The notes under the pieces: model-generated
Told to the model about the DNA's origin: nothing
The model's input: only the letters and a program-made list of their open reading frames with translations
Database searches by the model: none
Source of the DNA: an uncultured Chloroflexia bacterium
GTDB taxonomy: Bacteria; Chloroflexota; Anaerolineae; Anaerolineales; UBA4823
Direction of reading: 5' to 3'
Length of the DNA: 64,000 nucleotides
NCBI GenBank assembly: GCA_963774935.1
Contig: CAVZGO010000003.1
Location: 389,262 to 453,261, forward strand
Translations under genes and position numbers: made by a program
Part shown: in pieces, positions 62,801 through 64,000 of the stretch
How positions within the stretch are numbered: position 1 is the first letter of the stretch
Layout: each line of letters begins with the position of its first letter

Positions 62801-64000
62801 TTTCAATGCAGGTCGTGGCCGGTCTGTAGGCAGGTCAAGTAATGGAGGACTGCCTGTTAATTGCGCTTTCCAATAGGATAGCTGGCGGTCCAATTCCGCT
62901 CCGCTCAACCAGTTGCGTTGCCAGGCAGCAAAGTCAGCATACTGGATTGTAAGGGGTGGTAACACAATGTCGGCTCCGCTTCTGAATGCTGAGTAGGTCG
63001 CTCCAACTTCACGCACAAGGATTCCCAATGACCAACCGTCAGCTACGATATGATGGAGAGTGAAAACCAATACATATTCCACCCTACCCGCTTCATAATT
63101 CAATCGGAGCAGCAATGCACGAGCTACTGGCCCTGTTGCCAGATTAAATGGCTTTTGCACTTCCTGGCGGATTAATTCCATCACCTCAGGGCTTTGTTCC
63201 GGTATCAGATCAGATGAGCCCATTTGAACATCAACTAAAGGCAGTCGAGTCTCTCCTTGTGCAGAGATGATCTGGACTGGAACACCAGCCTGGCTTGAAA
63301 AGGATGTGCGCAGGGCTTCGTGTCGCTGGATAATGGCACTAATCGCGTTCTCTAACGCAGCGACATCCAGGTATCCACGAATATGAACGGCTGCAGGAAT
63401 GTTATATGAAGTATTGCCGGGATCAAGCTGATCCAGGAACCACAATCGCTGTTGAGAAAAGGACAATGGTGGAGGAGTAACAGGTAATCCTGTTTCAGGA
63501 TCACGAGGCAGGATCTCGATTCGTTCTTCCTTCCTTGCTTCCTGACCAGTCGCGTTTCGCACCACAGCTGCCATACCGGCAATGGTCGGGGCTTCAAAAA
63601 TGCTGCGGAGGGGTAATTCAACTTTAAAGGTCTGGCGTAAACGTGAAAGAAGCTGTGTCGCCTTCAGAGAATGTCCACCCAGATCAAAGAAGTTGAGGTT
63701 TACACTGGAGGCTTCCACGCCAAGCACTTCATACCACAGACCTGAAATGATTTCTTCCTCGGCGTTGCGTGGCAGAACGACTTCTCCTTCATGCGCTTCC
63801 TGATACTCTGCTTCAGGTGCGGGAAGGGCTGCAAGTACGCGGCGGTTCACTTTCCCGTTTGGTAGGCGTGGGAGCTCATCCATCAAGACAAATGCTGATG
63901 GGAGCATATAATCTGGTAATTTTTCCGCCAGTCGGATACGCAATGTCTGACTTATCGCTGCGCTATCTGATGACATGATATTGGTTTCAAAATATGCTAC
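59870..64000 (-). CDS. NRPS gene A (3' part; continues beyond window): ...A(end)-T-C-A(Phe code)-T
   Basis: The reading frame is open to the window edge (VAYFETNIMSSD...LPDYMLPSAF is an A8-A10 region). Domain motifs are FFDLGGHSL (T), SFSQQRLWFLDQ/HHIVADGWS (C), YTSGSTGKPKG/FDASVWE/NAYGPTETT (A) and FFELGGHSL (T). Confidence 0.9.
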   Translation of the reverse strand, partial: VAYFETNIMSSDSAAISQTLRIRLAEKLPDYMLPSAFVLMDELPRLPNGKVNRRVLAALPAPEAEYQEAHEGEVVLPRNAEEEIISGLWYEVLGVEASSVNLNFFDLGGHSLKATQLLSRLRQTFKVELPLRSIFEAPTIAGMAAVVRNATGQEARKEERIEILPRDPETGLPVTPPPLSFSQQRLWFLDQLDPGNTSYNIPAAVHIRGYLDVAALENAISAIIQRHEALRTSFSSQAGVPVQIISAQGETRLPLVDVQMGSSDLIPEQSPEVMELIRQEVQKPFNLATGPVARALLLRLNYEAGRVEYVLVFTLHHIVADGWSLGILVREVGATYSAFRSGADIVLPPLTIQYADFAAWQRNWLSGAELDRQLSYWKAQLTGSPPLLDLPTDRPRPALKTSRGASISFQFPEKLSQEILELSRKEGVTTYMLLLAIFQTLLYRYSGQDDICVGSAIANRTRPEIEDLIGFFVNTLVLRADLSDEPNFRELLQRVRETALGAFAHQDLPFEMLVEALQPERNLSYTPLFQVGFDWQEVPLKSQALPDLELRPLDAHGGSAAYDLLMSINQSDTGIGGSLEYNIDLYDEQTIQRLLGHFEQLLIHAIAEPDKPVSRLPMLSETERQILFVEWNQTEAPYSENQVIHKLFEAHADAAPDVLALVYRGLTTQDVQRMSYGELNQRANTLARYLQTLGIGQETLVGISTERSMDMIVGILGVLKAGGAYLPLDPTYPADRLIYMLQDSKVSVLLTQERLREQISALIVETGKQPIDPHESAAPQIQVQSAAWNPPTVVCIDQDWEMIDRTVRQIHDGNSTSNLDAVVTMDNLAYVIYTSGSTGKPKGTLLRHQGLCNLVEWQRKTFEIDSRSRVLQFSPFSFDASVWETFMALANGATLVLAAQDVLSNGLELMRVFLEHEVTTVTLPPSFLSVIPEDLVSKQALPSLRTVIAAGEACTHEIVSRWAPGRKFFNAYGPTETTVCASAALCDPSDPRDPTIGKPISNTRVYVLDQHLEAVPIGVPGELFIGGISLARGYLNRADLSAEKFIPDPYIGYLRKYGRKVSPRDRLYRTGDLVRYRADGNIEFLGRIDQQVKVRGFRIELGEIEAGLRQFEGSLAGGNLGKWRLRDAVVIVKEDTPGDKRLVAFVIPEQVDSQLEGSSSESSSLDNTFTTANEGQNQEELENTTPPPFSLIEVDLVNALTEHLRQILPDYMLPSAFKLLEVMPLSPSGKVDRKALARISMPTQGRERLQSVYEAPRNDAERQLCQICAELLGIPWDDPSPVSIHDNFFELGGHSLLATQFLARVREKFQVELPLRALFENPTVAGMLPEIERLQNSGAAAAAPSIQRVSRDKHRMRQTTEGLTMDPSAHHKSDTE

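Noticed and set aside
43139-64000. Repeat structure suggestive of a CRISPR array or other interspersed repeats
   Set aside because: The periodic similarity is the expected C-A-T module repetition of NRPS coding sequence. No short direct repeats with unique spacers exist anywhere in the window.

Overview
The window looks like a chromosomal segment from a monoderm, Chloroflexota-like bacterium. That placement is a low-confidence inference from protein families (DUF11, NBR1-like Ig domains, Thr/Pro linkers). All calls are by-eye motif reading with no database search. From left to right: (1) a suf Fe-S cluster locus (sufB start, sufC, divergent sufR-like regulator, DUF59 protein) with an intact IS256-family element inserted between the two divergent promoters. 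(2) A cell-wall remodelling operon encoding an amidase and an L,D-transpeptidase, in which two proteins share an N-terminal TPR-like module. (3) A thioredoxin-TPR gene. (4) An aspS-asnS operon behind a terminator-containing leader. (5) From 12.2 kb to the window end every gene is on the minus strand. This block holds an approximately 20-kb, 18-gene tightly coupled envelope-glycan operon with GT4, GT2, at least two GT-C-like enzymes plus a third polytopic membrane protein, a flippase, two paralogous FAD oxidoreductases, a Gfo/Idh/MocA-GT2 fusion and an ICMT-type methyltransferase. It is followed by a MacAB/DevBCA-like tripartite ABC exporter with an extra embedded gene, an ECF sigma/anti-sigma pair and a secreted DUF11 protein. 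(6) A nonribosomal peptide synthetase cluster of more than 20 kb runs off the window at 64000. It has at least 6 modules in view, an embedded sulfotransferase, a type II thioesterase, a terminal epimerisation domain and no cis-TE. Reading specificity codes against GrsA gives ...-Phe-Orn-Asn-Tyr(like) and a Thr module. Seven genes or gene segments carry single-nucleotide frame breaks that each restore a conserved full-length protein. I therefore suspect consensus errors rather than decay, but the sequence alone cannot decide. No rRNA, tRNA or CRISPR array was seen.
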